A stretch of DNA of 64,000 nucleotides, taken from NCBI GenBank assembly GCA_964016885.1, contig OZ024765.1, forward strand, positions 10,478,001-10,542,000, in the 5' to 3' direction. Shown here one piece after another: positions 1 through 11,815 of the stretch. The translations under genes were made by a program, and so were the position numbers. This DNA is from Eledone cirrhosa. Taxonomy: Eukaryota. How positions within the stretch are numbered: the first letter of the stretch is position 1; each line of letters opens with the position of its first letter. The notes beneath the pieces are model-generated. The model searched no databases, was not told where the DNA came from, and was given only the letters and a program-made list of their open reading frames with translations.

Positions 1-545
1 GAGTGGACTGGGTGCTTTTTATTGTGGCTCTAAAACACATATCTAATAGAGTGGACTGGGTGCTTTTTATTGTGGCTCTAAAACATATCTAATAGGGTGG
101 ACTGGGTGCTTTTTATTGTGGCTCTAAAACATATCTAATAGAGTGGACTGGGTGCTTTTTATTGTGGCTCTAAAACACATATCTAATAGAGTGGACTGGG
201 TGCTTTTTATTGTGGCTCTAAAACATATCTAATAGGGTGGACTGGGTGCTTTTTATTGTGGCTCTAAAATGCATATCTTACAGGGTGGACTAGGTGCTTT
301 TTAGTCAGCTATAGCACAACCATCTACAAGATGGACTTGGTACTTTCCCATTGTGGCACTAAAACGACTACTTTACAGGGTGGATTGAGTGCTTTTTATT
401 GTGGCTCTAAAACACATATCTAACAGGGTGAATTGGGTGCTTTTTATTGTAGTTGTAATGTGACTACCTTACAGGGTGGACTGGGTGCTTTTTATTGCAG
501 ATTTAAAACAACTATTTTACAGGGTGGACTGGGTGCTTTTTAGTC
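1..545. repeat. 46-48 bp minisatellite (GAGTGGACTGGGTGCTTTTTATTGTGGCTCTAAAAC(AC)ATATCTAATA), decaying rightwards
   Basis: Direct tandem periodicity; the unit resembles the internal TGGACTGGGTGCTTTT segment of the local SINEs. A degenerate relative lies at ~9500-9950. Confidence 0.9.
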
Positions 546-612
546 ACGGCACAGTACTTTTTTTTTAACTAATGTGCTGCTTTCTTTTTTTCCTTATTTT
601 GTGTCATTTCAG

Positions 613-846
613 GCCAGTTGGTGTGTCGCATTGAAGAAGAGTACCTTTGGGAGTGCAAACAACTCGGTGCTCACTCCCCGCATGTGTTACTCAATACACT
701 GATCTACTTCAACACCAAACACTTCATGCTGAAAACCCCAGAGGACCACATAAAGCTCTCCTTCACCCACATCATGAAGCACTGGAAGAAATCCATACCT
801 GGTAAAGGAGGTTCCGGCCGAAGTGTTTACCTCAGATATTATTGCA
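613..846 (+). CDS. ZMYM4: ZMYM2/3/4 (Woc-like) protein, internal coding exon of the C-terminal DUF3504 domain
   Basis: Acceptor tttcag at 607-612, donor GTACGT at 847. Translation QLVCRIEEEYLWECKQLGAHSPHVLLNTLIYFNTKHF...LRYYC matches the conserved ZMYM/QRICH1 C-terminal domain. Phase 1 at both ends. Paralog assignment is uncertain. Confidence 0.92.
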
Positions 847-1052
847 GTACGTTATCGCTAGCTTTTGGAGTTCACATTATACCTTAGCTCGTTAGGATAA
901 ATTAGCTAGGATAATTATACTTAATTATTGTGAATTCTTCATAAGAATATTTATATTTATATGTTTAATGTCTGGCTGAATATGCATGGGTGTTCTTTTT
1001 TTTTTTTTTTTTTTTTTCGTTCCCTCTTCTATTTCATCTTTCATTTCTCCTA

Positions 1053-1090
1053 TCTTCTGATGAAGGACTAGTGTCCGAAATGTTAAAACT
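1053..1090 (+). ncRNA. Hammerhead ribozyme motif, family A (slightly decayed)
   Basis: CTGATGA 1057-1063, helix II GGAC-TAGT-GTCC, GAAA 1077-1080. Same family at 1594, 44036 and 53657. Confidence 0.6.
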
Positions 1091-1117
1091 CTTTCTCTAT
1101 TATTTCAAGTGTTAAAC

Positions 1118-1259
1118 CAGGCATGGGCAACCTTTGTGGCTCATCAGAAGACAGGCTGCGCTACTAAAACATTCAAAGCAGTTTTGAAATTAGGCATGAC
1201 ATTCAGAAAGCCAAATGGGCCCACATTGCAGTTCGTGTGTTGCAGTTTGCCCATGACTG
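1118..1259. mobile_element. hAT-type MITE
   Basis: TIRs CAGGCATGGGCAA / TTGCCCATGACTG with a perfect 8-bp TSD TGTTAAAC (1110-1117, 1260-1267). The empty site is visible in the paralogous copies at ~1647 and ~44089. Confidence 0.9.
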
Positions 1260-1589
1260 TGTTAAACTAATATATTTCTTCCTTGTACTGTGTTGTTTGC
1301 TTTGTTATTTCTGTTTACTTTTTACATACATATGTATATATGTATGGTGTGTGTGTGTGAATATTTCTATTTTTGTGAAGTTCACGTTATACCATAGCTC
1401 GTTAAGATAAATTAGTTAGGATATTATACTTAAACATTATGAATTCTTGATAAGAATATTTATATTTATATATATATATAATGATTGTCTGAATATACAT
1501 GGGTGTTTTTTTTTCTTCTCATTTTTTCCCCTATTCCTTCCTTTTCTCACTCTCCATTTTTTTAATTTCATCTTTTATTTCTCATTCTG

Positions 1590-1626
1590 TCTTCTGATGA
1601 AGAACTTGTGTCCGAAACGTTGAAAC
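1590..1626 (+). ncRNA. Hammerhead ribozyme motif, family A (decayed)
   Basis: CTGATGA 1594-1600 ... GTCC GAAACGTT. Helix I and helix II are partly mismatched. Confidence 0.5.
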
Positions 1627-1846
1627 TATTTTCCTAGTATATCAAGTGTTAAACTAATATATTTCTTCATTGTACTGTCATTTGCTTTGTTATTCCTGTT
1701 TACTTTTTACACATATGTTTGTCCTGTGTGTGTTTGTGGTGGAGTTCATATTAAACTGTAGCTCGTTAAGATAAATTAGTCAGGATATTATACTTAACCA
1801 TTTTGAATTATTCATAAGAATATAACTCTATGTGTATATATGTATA

Positions 1847-2064
1847 TACCGTATATTCTCGAATATAAGCTGATCTGAATATAAGCCCCCACCTCATTTT
1901 ATGCCTGAGAAATGGGCAAGAACCCAAATTCGTTTATAAGCCAAGCTAATCAACACATTGTTTAGATGGCAAATATAAGCCCCCCCCCCCCCCCCCCCCC
2001 CTCATATTTTACCATTGATTTTTGGACACATATTTCTCAGTTTAAATTCAAGTATGTACCGTAT
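1847..2064. mobile_element. Tc1/mariner-pogo-like MITE
   Basis: TA|CCGTATATTCTCGAATATAAG left end, degenerate inverted right end, repeated internal TATAAGCCC motifs. Confidence 0.5.
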
Positions 2065-2077
2065 GTATATATATATA

Positions 2078-2527
2078 AATTTTGAGTATATGTTGGTTGT
2101 TTACCGACACCTCAGTATGCAGATTGGAGCACTTGACGAAGTACACAGGTTGGTTTGTTTACTCCAGAGTAATGTAAAATAATTAAGTCAAATAGGTAAA
2201 ATTTGGCTTCGTTTATTATAAATTATAGATATACTGCTATATATATTTCGGTGACAGCCATCATTGGCTGTGACCTCTTCAGGCAGTTCGAACTGGTGTG
2301 GGAAAGACAGGTACACGTGTTGTTTAAGTGTGTTTTACTCTGTCAATACATCGATATGTCCAGCTCCTCGTTGTGTTGTTATTATTTCTCTGAGGAACTG
2401 GAATCTTAGTTCGGACTGCCTGAAGAGGTCACAGCCAATGATGGCTGTCACCGAAATATATATAGCAGTATATCTATAATTTATAATAAACGAAGCCAAA
2501 TTTTACATATTTGACTTAATTATTTTA
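2078..2527. mobile_element. Penelope-like fold-back insert with hammerheads on both arms
   Basis: ~120-bp inverted arms (2175-2294 / 2407-2527), flanked by (TA)n, with a one-sided extension 2078-2174. Confidence 0.75.
2415..2469 (+). ncRNA. Type I hammerhead ribozyme (intact); mirror copy at 2233-2287 on -
   Basis: Helix I ACTGC/GCAGT, CTGAAGA 2420-2426, helix II GGTCACAGCC/GGCTGTCACC, GAAA 2453-2456, palindromic TATATA helix III, predicted cleavage AUA^ after 2464. Confidence 0.85.
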
Positions 2528-2799
2528 TATATATATATATGTATGTGTATGTGAATATTGTGTTTGCTTGAATTCACATTATACTCAGCTCATCATCACC
2601 ATCACATTTATTATGTCCATTTCTCCACGCTAGCATGGGTTAGACAGATGGTCCAGTGACTGTGTCTTGCTCACACAGATTGGATGCCCTTCCTAACGCC
2701 AACCTCATTTACAGTGCATGCTGGATGCTTTTTGTCATGACGCCTACACGACCACTTTACAGTGGGCTGGGTGCTTTTTTGTCGTGACACCTATATGAC

Positions 2800-3245
2800 C
2801 ACTTTACAGTGGGCTGGAGGCTTCACTGTCTTCATGAGAGATGTATGGGAGGGTGGGGGTGGAGTGGTGCATGCAATATATATATATATGCTTAGCTCCA
2901 GCCGGTGCCCATAGGAAGGTGGGTCTTCTGCATAACACCAGAGATCTTGTTCCTTTGGGAGGTGCAACTGTACATGGTCAGCTTTCATCACTTCGTCGCA
3001 TGTCTTCCTGAGGTTTCCATTGACTTTGAGCGCTCTGCACCTTTTTATAAAGCTGTTATCTTTCATATGCATCACATGTCCATATCAACGTAATCTCCTC
3101 TCCTGCACGCTGCTTCTGATTCCTCTTATGCCTAGTTTTTTCTCGCAGTTCATTTATCCTTTGCCATTTACATATATTACTATTACACATCCAACCGAGC
3201 ATGCAAGCTTCATTTCTTTCCAATCTACTAAGTCTTCTGCAGATT
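2800..3245 (-). pseudogene. RTE-clade LINE 3' fragment (decayed)
   Basis: Remnant translations RLERNEACMLGWMCN... and RKTCDEVMKAD, similar to the RTE at 52322-53030. Confidence 0.7.
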
Positions 3246-3329
3246 AAGATCAATTTGTATGCGACAAATAGCTTTTTGGCTTACGGACATTTCAGGAATG
3301 TATTAAGTTTGTGAACTAAGGTTCCACTA

Positions 3330-3671
3330 TCATCATCATCATCATTTTACGTCCGCTTTTCCCTGCTTGCAAGGGTGGGATGGGAACTGATTCTGGCTTG
3401 ATTTCTACAGCTGGATGCCCTTCCTAACACCAACTTCATTTACAGTGAGTGCTGGATGCTTTTTTTTGTTGTGGCACCTCCACGACCACTTTTGCAGTGG
3501 AATGATGGGGACCCCAGTCCCTATCATCTCATTTCTACAGCTGAGTAAACTGGAGCAATGTGAAATAAAGTGTCTTGCTCAAGGAAACAACACATCACCC
3601 GGTCTGAGAATTGAACTCACAACCTTTCGATTGCAAGGCCAATGCTCCAACCACTAAGCCATGTTCTTCCA
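3330..3671 (-). mobile_element. tRNA-derived SINE (type 1) with RTE-derived 3' tail
   Basis: A box TGGCTTAGTGG, B box GTTCAATTC, CORE-like CCTTGAGCAAGACACTT, tail CCCTTGCAAGCAGGGAAAAGCGGACGTAAAA(TGA)n. Near-identical copies at 30310, 34569 and 53800. Confidence 0.85.
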
Positions 3672-3711
3672 CTATATTTGAAATCTATTTTTATTCTTTT
3701 CTTCCTCACAG

Positions 3712-3832
3712 ATTCAGAAATAGTTAACCAAAAGAAGAGGCGGGAAGAGATGCCTGCTTATGAGCAGTGTGAGAACCATGAAAACCCATTAAGATGTCCT
3801 GTGAAACTTTATGAATTCTATTTGTCAAAATG
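3712..3832 (+). CDS. ZMYM4: ZMYM2/3/4 (Woc-like) penultimate coding exon
   Basis: Acceptor ctcacag ending 3711, donor GTAAGT at 3833. Encodes SEIVNQKKRREEMPAYEQCENHENPLRCPVKLYEFYLSK, with the hallmark NPLRCPVKLYEFYLSKC motif. Phase-compatible with both neighbours. Confidence 0.92.
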
Positions 3833-4250
3833 GTAAGTGTTGTTGTTGTTGTTGCTGTCAAAACCCATTAAGTTGTCCTGTGAAACTTTATGTATTCTAT
3901 TTGTCAAAATGGTAAGTGTTGTTGTTGTTGTTGCTGTCAAAACCCATTAAGATCTCCTGTGAAACTTTATGTATTCTATTTGTCAAAATGGTAAGTGTTG
4001 TTGTTGTTGCTGTCAAAACCCATTAAGTTGTCCTGTGAAACTTTATGTATTCTATTTGTCAAAATGGTAAGTGTTGTTGTTGTTGTTGTTGCTGTCAAAA
4101 CCCATTAAGATCTCCTGTGAAACTTTGTATTCTATTTGTCAAAATGGTAAGTGTTGTTGTTGTTGCTGTCAAAACCCATTAAGTTGTCCTGTGAAACTTT
4201 ATGTATTCTATTTGTCAAAATGTTAAGTGTTGTTGTTGTTGTTGCTGTCA
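3781..4250 (+). repeat. ~78 bp x6 tandem repeat of the ZMYM exon 3' end plus 5' splice site
   Basis: Unit AAAACCCATTAAG...TATTTGTCAAAATG|GTAAGT(GTT)nGCTGTC. Confidence 0.95.
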
Positions 4251-4299
4251 TCTACCAAATTTTATCTATATAAAAGTCCTCTTGTGTGCATGTGTGTCT

Positions 4300-4820
4300 C
4301 TGGCAAGGGTTGGTAATTGAAAAAAAGTTCAGAGAGCTACTCCCATTGTTGACCACAAAATGTTTTTTCCTTTGTACAAAAGGATGACTGTATGGCGCTT
4401 GTGTGCGAAGTGCGATGCTGCATGGTAGTGAAACATGGGCTGTGACTGTGGAAGATGTGTGTAGTTTGGAGAGAAATGAAGCAACCATGCTACATTGGAT
4501 GTGCAATGTAAGTGTGAGAGAGAGGCAGAGCTTGGAGAAGCTGACTTTAAAAAGGAATGAGGTGGTGTGCAGGAGAGAAGACTGTTGATTTGGACATGTG
4601 ATGTTTATGGACAATGATCGTTGGGTGAAGAAATGGAAGGAGGTCGCGGGAGAGGTAGACCAAGAAAGACCTGGGCAGAGGTTGTGAGAGCTTACCTCAA
4701 ATGACAGAGCTACAGAGGAGTGGATAAAGGAATGCAACGAGTGGAGAAACGGCGTGCTGAGAAGGACCTGTCCAGCCCATGCAAGCATGGAGAAGCAGAT
4801 GTAAAAGCAATGATGATGAT
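4300..4820 (+). pseudogene. RTE-clade LINE 3' fragment
   Basis: RSAMLHGSETWAVTVEDVCSLERNEATMLHWMCNV, ending in a (TGA)n tail. Confidence 0.85.
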
Positions 4821-5010
4821 AACCGGGCCACCTAATCCCATACTATAAATGTGGTTGGTGTTAGGAAGGGCTTCAGCTGTAACCCCCCTTCCCCCTCCAC
4901 CCCGCCAAAATACAGTTCAGTTTGAGCAAGGTACAGCACGAGCAACTGACTGGACTTGTCTTATAATGTGGATGACCCGTCTAACCCATGCAAGCATGGG
5001 AAAGTGGACA

Positions 5011-5408
5011 TTAACCCTTTAGCATTTACATTACTCTATATTTACTATTGTATATTTGTGGTAAAGGATTCATCTCACATAATATCAAATCTACAAGATT
5101 TTGATGTTATTTATTTTGAGAACAATACCTTAACGTCAGTATGAGTGCCCGGTTATGCCAGGTTTGAACAGAATGAGGTGAGAGAATTCTGGCCGGATAT
5201 TGTTGGTTTAACCCTTTAGCATTTACATTATTCTATATTTACTATTATATTTTCACACTTAAGGCTTTACTTCACATCATATCAAATCTATGAGATTTTG
5301 AGAACAATATCTTAACGTTAGTATGAGTGGTTGGTTACGGCCAGTTTGAACAGAGAGAGGGGAGAGAACTCAGGCCGGATATGTCCGGTTTAAATGCTAA
5401 ATGGTTAA
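5011..5408. mobile_element. Two adjacent piggyBac-like MITE copies
   Basis: TTAA|CCCTTTAGCATTT starts at 5011 and 5208; right end AAATGCTAAATGG|TTAA. A complete copy lies at 39489-39689. Confidence 0.75.
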
Positions 5409-5462
5409 ACAGTGGTGGTGATGATATGTATCTTTATTCATATATATTTTTTTAATTTGTAG

Positions 5463-5652
5463 CCCCGAGAGTATTAAGAACCGCAACGATGTCTTCTACC
5501 TGATCCCCGAGAGATCCTGCGTACCTGACAGTCCGGTGTGGTATTCCACTCAGTCTTTATCCAGTGACATAATGACCAAAATGCTGAACCGAATACATTT
5601 GGTAAAAGAAATACAAGAGGCTTGCATAAACACACAACCAGTCTATATGTAA
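5463..5652 (+). CDS. ZMYM4: ZMYM2/3/4 (Woc-like) terminal coding exon
   Basis: Acceptor tttgtag ending 5462. TG|C completes Cys, then PESIKNRNDVFYLIPERSCVPDSPVWYSTQSLSSDIMTKMLNRIHLVKEIQEA...VYM*, TAA at 5650-5652. Not in the ORF track. Confidence 0.93.
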
Positions 5653-7219
5653 AACAATAAAACTACAAACAAAATTACAAAAAAGAAAAAATTGAAACCA
5701 CAAAAAAAAATTTGAAAACAAAAACTTTATTAATTTCTCTCCTTAGTTATCTCCCCCTTTTATCCATTTTTTTTTTTTTTTTTTTTACTAAAAATTCGTC
5801 CTTGTCCCTTCATCTCCACCTCCCTGCCGTTACTTTGTTCCTCTCACACACATACACCTTTCTCTCTCTCTTCCTCACCTCACACCACCCTCATTATCAT
5901 TTCTTCCCCCTCCTCCACCTCCATCATATCTCTTCCCACCTCCACCACCCTCATATTTTCATTGCTTCTCCACCTCCACCACCCTCACATTTTCATTGCT
6001 TCACCACCACCTTCATATTATTGACCTTCTGCCCCCCCCCCCCCACCCCCATCCCCCCAGATTGTTTTATTTATATTTTTGTTATTTCTTTTTTTTTTAA
6101 AAGTATTTTTAAAATTTTTTGTTTTGTTCTGGTATATTTTAGTTACTGATACACTCCCCCCACCCCACCCGGTTCCAAGTCACATGTCATGTTACACTAC
6201 ATGATAAGACATCACATTGCATTACATAACAACATAACAACTACACCATTCTGTCACATAACACCACCGCCCAGTCACACCATTCTGTCATGTTACATAA
6301 CACCACCACCCAGTCACACCGTCATGTTACATAACAACCACCACACCATGCCATGTTATACAATATTGTTACACAACTCCACGTAACATAACACCACTGC
6401 CCGCCCTGCCCGGTCCACACCATGTCATGTTACACAACACCACCACCACACCCAGTCACACCATGTCATGTTACACAACAGTGTGTTACATAACACCAAC
6501 ACCCACCCACACTCCACCCTCTTCTACATCACGTTACATTGCATTACGTATCACCACCACCCACCTACCCCAATCACACCATTCCATGTCCCATCAAGTG
6601 TTACATTATATTGCAGTATACCATGTTACATTACGCTATAAGGAGACATCATTGTGTTACATAACAACACCGCCCACCTGCTCCACCCACCATTCCATAT
6701 CGCATCACGTCACACAATGTCATGTTACATTACATTGCGTTACCTAACCTTCCATACCTCACCCCACTCTTTCGTGTCACACCATGTCAAGTTACGTTAC
6801 ATTACATTGCCTTGTACCATGTTAAATTGCACCACTACATCACTGTGTTACATAACACCACCATTCCATGTCATTGTGTCATGTCACATTTAATTGTGTT
6901 ACATCCCACTCCACTCCACCCTGTTACATTACATTGTGTTACACTATCTTTCGTCACATTAGATAACACCACCACCGCCACCACTATACACCTCAGCCAC
7001 CACCATTCCATGTCACATCAAGTTACATAACCACACCAACACCATACTCCACTCCACGTTTCAACACGTCACACCAGATCATGTTACATTACCTCATGGC
7101 ATCACCTTGCATTAGACTATCTTACATTACATAACAACACCAATCCACTCCACGTTACACCACCACATGACTCCATTTTCCCTACATTTCCAATTACACA
7201 TTAGTATTATTATTATTGC

Positions 7220-7928
7220 TGGGATTGGCAGAAGGTCGGACGCCATGCCTTGCAGCATAGAGTTACGGCCCTTTATGGTCTGAGTTCAAATCCCGCTGAG
7301 GTTAACTTTGCCTTTCATCCTTACAGGGTCGATAAAATAAAGTACCAGTAATGCACTGGGGTAATTGCTGGCCTTGTGCCAAAAGTAGAAACAACAATAA
7401 TTATTATTATTATTGGTGGTCGGCGGATTGGCAGTATTTTCATGGCATAAAGTTACGGCCCTTTACGTTCTGTTCTGAGTTGGAGTTTGGCCAAGGTTAG
7501 CTTTGCCAGTAACACAGTGGGGTTGATTTAATTGACATTTTCTTCCTCAAAAATTGTTGGCCTTGTGCCCATAGTAGAAATCAAATAAAAAAAATCATTA
7601 TTATTATTATTGGTTAACTTTGCCTTTCATCCTTACAGGGTCGATAAAATAAAAGTACCAGTAATGCACTGGGATAATTGCTGGCCTTGTGCCAAACGTA
7701 GAAACAATTATTATTATTATTGGAGTGGCAGTGGATTGACAGAGTGGTTAGGGTGTCAGACAAATGCTTAGCAGTACTTGATCCAGCTCCTTACATCCTG
7801 AGTTCGAATTCTGCCGAGGTCAGCTTTATTTTTCATCCTTTGAGCATTAATAAACTAAAGTACTGGGGGTTGATTTAATGAACTTTTCTTCTTTCTCCAC
7901 AAATTTCCGACCTCATGACATTGTTAGA

Positions 7929-7930
<2 letters not shown>
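7220..7930 (+). mobile_element. Cluster of four tRNA-derived SINE (type 2) copies or fragments
   Basis: GGATTGGCAG head, B box GAGTTCAAATCC, central TTGCCTTTCATCCTTACGGGGTCGATAAAAT, tail GTAGAAACA(ATT)n. Probably within the long ZMYM 3' UTR. Confidence 0.8.
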
Positions 7931-7959
<29 letters not shown>

Positions 7960-8160
7960 CCCCAACCTCCTCCCCCAGATCATAATTTTTAGTTATGTAC
8001 CTCTACAAACATTTTCGTTTTCTTCTCATCAAACCATGACCGTGTGTGAATAGCTTCACCATTTAATCAATCAACACTCATCATCGATCACCATTGATGG
8101 ATACACAGACAGACAGACAGACAGACAGACATTACATACATAGACACATAAACACAAGCA

Positions 8161-8202
<42 letters not shown>

Positions 8203-9954
8203 GACGAAAGTACACCATATATATGTGCACAGATACATATATATATATGTATACGCACATGTACATACACTTGAATTTATATATATATGAAAACATATAT
8301 ATATATACACACATATATATATATATATATAAACATATACATATATATATATACACACATATATATATATATATATAAACATATACATATACATATATAT
8401 ATATACACACACTATTAGCATGTGAGATAATACAGCTATTGTTGTCATTCCATTAGAGTTGATACGATGTTCCTTCATTTTGTTTTATTATTTTTTTACT
8501 GTGTGTGTGTATATATATAAATAATATATGTGTGTATGTATATATGTGTATATTTATGTATGTATATATATAATGTATATATATGTGTGTATATATATAT
8601 ATGTGTATATATATATATATATGTATATATGTGTGTATATATATATGTGTGTATATATGTATATATATATATGTGTGTATATATGTATGTATATATATAT
8701 ATGTATGTATATATATATATATGTATGTATATATGTATATATATATATCTATATATAATATATATATTAATATATATATATATATTAATATATATATATA
8801 TATTAATATATATATATATATATATACATATATAAATGCATGCTTGTGTGTGTACAGATTCATACACACGTGTATATACATCTATAAACACACAATGTAA
8901 ACATACATCTCTGCATATACATACGCACACCCATATGTATATACATCTACACATACACACACTCACCAACACACACAAATACATATATATAAACACTGAC
9001 AGTGTTGGAAATTTTGCCTGATGTCGCAAAGTGAGAGAGAAAAATAACAAGGGAGATAACTACTTTATCTGTTCTCTTTCATTTAAAAGTGAAGAAAAAA
9101 ATGGAAAATATAAAAAAAAAATTTCATTAAACAACCAATCAGACTAGAATTCATAATTACAGAAAAAAAAATGGATGTTTTGTGCTTTTTTTGTATGTTT
9201 CTTCTTAGAAAGAAAACTTCTTAAATAAATGATTAAATAAAATTTGACATTTTTTTTTCTAAAAGCCCATTGCTTGTTGCTTCTTTTTGTTATTGATGTT
9301 GCCATGTTGGAGGTGGTGGTATAAGGGTGGGGCTGGATTGGGGGTGTTGTGTTAGTGTTGGTGGGCTATTAAGGGTGGAGTGTTGTGTTGGTGGTCTGGT
9401 GAGGGTCGTCTGTTATGGGTTAGACTGGTTATATGAAACATGTCAACTTTGGTGAGTACATCTTTCTGATACAGATCTGTATTAGTGCTGGATGCCCTTC
9501 CTAAAACCAACCATATTACTGTGTGGACTGTGTGCTCTTTATCATGGCACCAAAACAACCATCTAAGACTGAACTGGGTGCTTTATGTTGTCACCAGCAC
9601 AACCACCTTATGGGGTAGACTGGGTAGTTTTTCATTGTGGTACAAACACAATCACCTTACAGAGTGAACTTGGCACTTTTTGTCATGTCACCAGCCTGAC
9701 CACCATTATAAGAAGGACTGGGTGAACCTGGTGCTTTTTGCCCTGTCTCCAGCCTGACCACCTTACAGGATAGACGGTACATTTTGCTCTGTCACCAGCA
9801 TCACCACCATTACAGGGTGGGATGAATGCTTCTTGTCACTAGCGTGACCATCTTACAGGGTGGATTGGGTACTTTTTGTTGTCGTCATCATTGCAGGATG
9901 AACTGGATGCTTTTTGTTGTCACCAGCAGGACATCATTACTGGGTGCTTTCAGT

Positions 9955-10313
9955 AGGCCCTTCCAAACCAAACACCCCAACTCACTACCCCACTCCCGCC
10001 AACACCACCCTTTCTCTATAAAGTTATGTTGGTACAACAGGACATCCAGTCCAAACTAATGAGGTTGTGTAGGTGACACGACAAAAACACAGTCCACGCT
10101 GTAATGTGGTTGTGTAGGTAACACAGTGAAAAGTTCCCAGGCCACACTGTAAACATGGTTGGTGTTGGAAAGGGCATCCAGCGGTAGAAAATTTGCCAGA
10201 TAGTCCTATATGAGCGACAAGTGACGCTCACCTGACCAATCTTGCCTCAAGTGGGACAACTTCCGTCTAACCCATGCTAGTGTGGAAGATAGACGTTAAA
10301 CGATGATGATGAT
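9955..10313 (+). mobile_element. SINE-like element (type 3) with GGAAGGGCATCC domain and RTE-type (GAT)n tail
   Basis: Homologous to 37560-38083, 53120-53505 and 35145-36250. Tail AACCCATGCTAG...GACGTTAAAC(GAT)n. Confidence 0.75.
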
Positions 10314-10785
10314 ATATTATATATATATATATATATACATGTTCATATAACTCCTGCTAACATTGAAAAATGAACATTAAACGGTGATGATGATTCATAT
10401 ATTTCAATTACAACATCAAAGCTGAAGCTGTAATAAAGCAACACAAGTGGGATTATCTGAGGTGGTCCCTATAAACTCAATGATGCCAGAAATGATATGA
10501 TTTCTCCACCAGAGGGAACACATTAAGTTATTTGAAGGAAACACCACAAATAATATATATCAGAGGCCATATTCAGTTGATTCAGGTTTATTTAAAATTC
10601 CATTATACATATTTCGCTGATGACTATCAATTATGATGGCCTAAGATCTGCACATCCCTGTTCAGTGAACCTCATACACTAATATATATATATATATAAT
10701 GGAAAAATTTGAACAGGAACAAAACAGAGAGGCAGTACAACGAATGTTTATTAATTTCACGCTCTGGAGAGTGGGGTGGTGGGGA

Positions 10786-10820
10786 ACGACGTTTCGGGCA
10801 TAAGCCCTTCCTCAGGTGAG
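10786..10820 (-). ncRNA. Hammerhead core motif
   Basis: CTGAGGA-A-GGGC-TTAT-GCCC-GAAACGTC on -. Helix I is weak. Confidence 0.55.
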
Positions 10821-10947
10821 AAGTGTGTGGGAACAGAGTTCAAAGGGTATATATTAAAGAGTTAAACAAGATTCAATGAGTACATCAAAGAATGAGTTTT
10901 ACAGTAGATTGGAAGCACTCTACAGGAAAAATTTTCCAGAGTTATTA

Positions 10948-11237
10948 ATATTAAAATACATATATTAATAAAATAGATGTTCTTTTGATCAATTAAATTT
11001 TATTATACATATTTCAGAGGTAGAACAGTACGTCCTCATCAGACAAAATATAATGATACATGACATACCCTGAGATGTTAAATGGTTAAGATTTAATCAA
11101 GGTAGAACCTTGATTAAATCTTAACCACTTAACATCTCAGGGTATGTCATGTATCATTATATTTTGTCTGAAATATGTATAATAAAATTTAATTGATCAA
11201 AAGAACATCTATTTTATTAATATTTGTATTTTAATAT
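10948..11237. mobile_element. Fold-back palindromic insert with decayed hammerhead
   Basis: Inverted arms centred ~11104. CTGATGA...GAAA on - at 11042-11012; the right arm lacks helix II. Confidence 0.7.
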
Positions 11238-11260
11238 ATCATCATCATCAATATATATAT

Positions 11261-11580
11261 ATATTTATTAAAATAACAGATTAAAGTTTAAGTAAAGAAT
11301 CGCTGCTTTCACACTTAACGGGATCTTCTGAAACTAACAAAGTCAATCTGTGAACGCAGAAGTGAATATTTCAAAAAACGTTGCAACCGGAGGAATGCGT
11401 TCACAGATTGACTTTGTTAGTTTCAGAAGATCCTGTTAAGAGTGAAAGCAGCGATTCTTTGCTTAAACTTTAATCTGTTATTTTAATAAATATTTGCTCT
11501 ACGGTTCTTATATATTTGATATATATTTATCCTTATCGAGCCCTCTTTGGATTTTAGTCTTCAAATTTATTATTATTACT
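11261..11580 (+). mobile_element. Fold-back insert (arms 11261-11358 / 11396-11493) with 3' extension; second copy at ~21865-22071
   Basis: Direct inverted repeat. Shares the 3' end CCTTATCGAGCCCTCTTTGGATTTTAGTCTTCAAAT followed by (TA)n. Confidence 0.75.
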
Positions 11581-11602
11581 ATATATATACATATATATAT
11601 AT

Positions 11603-11815
11603 TAGAGGATAGGGTATGATAAAAACCAGGTAGACCATAACCCACCAGAGTACTCGATACTTGGGGTTGTAGAGTGGGTAATATGAAAAGATTCAGGACC
11701 CTGATAGCTGAGCTTCGGTCGTTTCGACAGCTAGATCCGACATAAAGAGGCAGTTCGGATCTAGCTGTCGAAACAGCCAGAGCTCAGCCGTCGGGGTCCT
11801 GAATCTTTTCACATA
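11603..11815 (-). mobile_element. Fold-back insert, family shared with 15857-15955 and 36531-36740
   Basis: Palindrome 11682-11812 with TCGAAAC on both arms, bulged stem-loop 11652-11675, (TA)n flanks. Confidence 0.7.

Noticed and set aside
3415-3657. Recurrent 79-80 aa ORF (also 34657, 53877)
   Set aside because: Antisense reading of the type 1 SINE, not a gene family.
8071-9050. YI/CV-repeat ORFs here and at ~36.6, 46.7, 54.1 and 63.6 kb
   Set aside because: (TA)n/(TG)n microsatellites lack stops by composition.
11411-11460. Hammerhead in the 11261/21865 family
   Set aside because: The core reads CAGAAGA rather than CUGAnGA in all copies and helix pairing is poor; left as a possible variant only.
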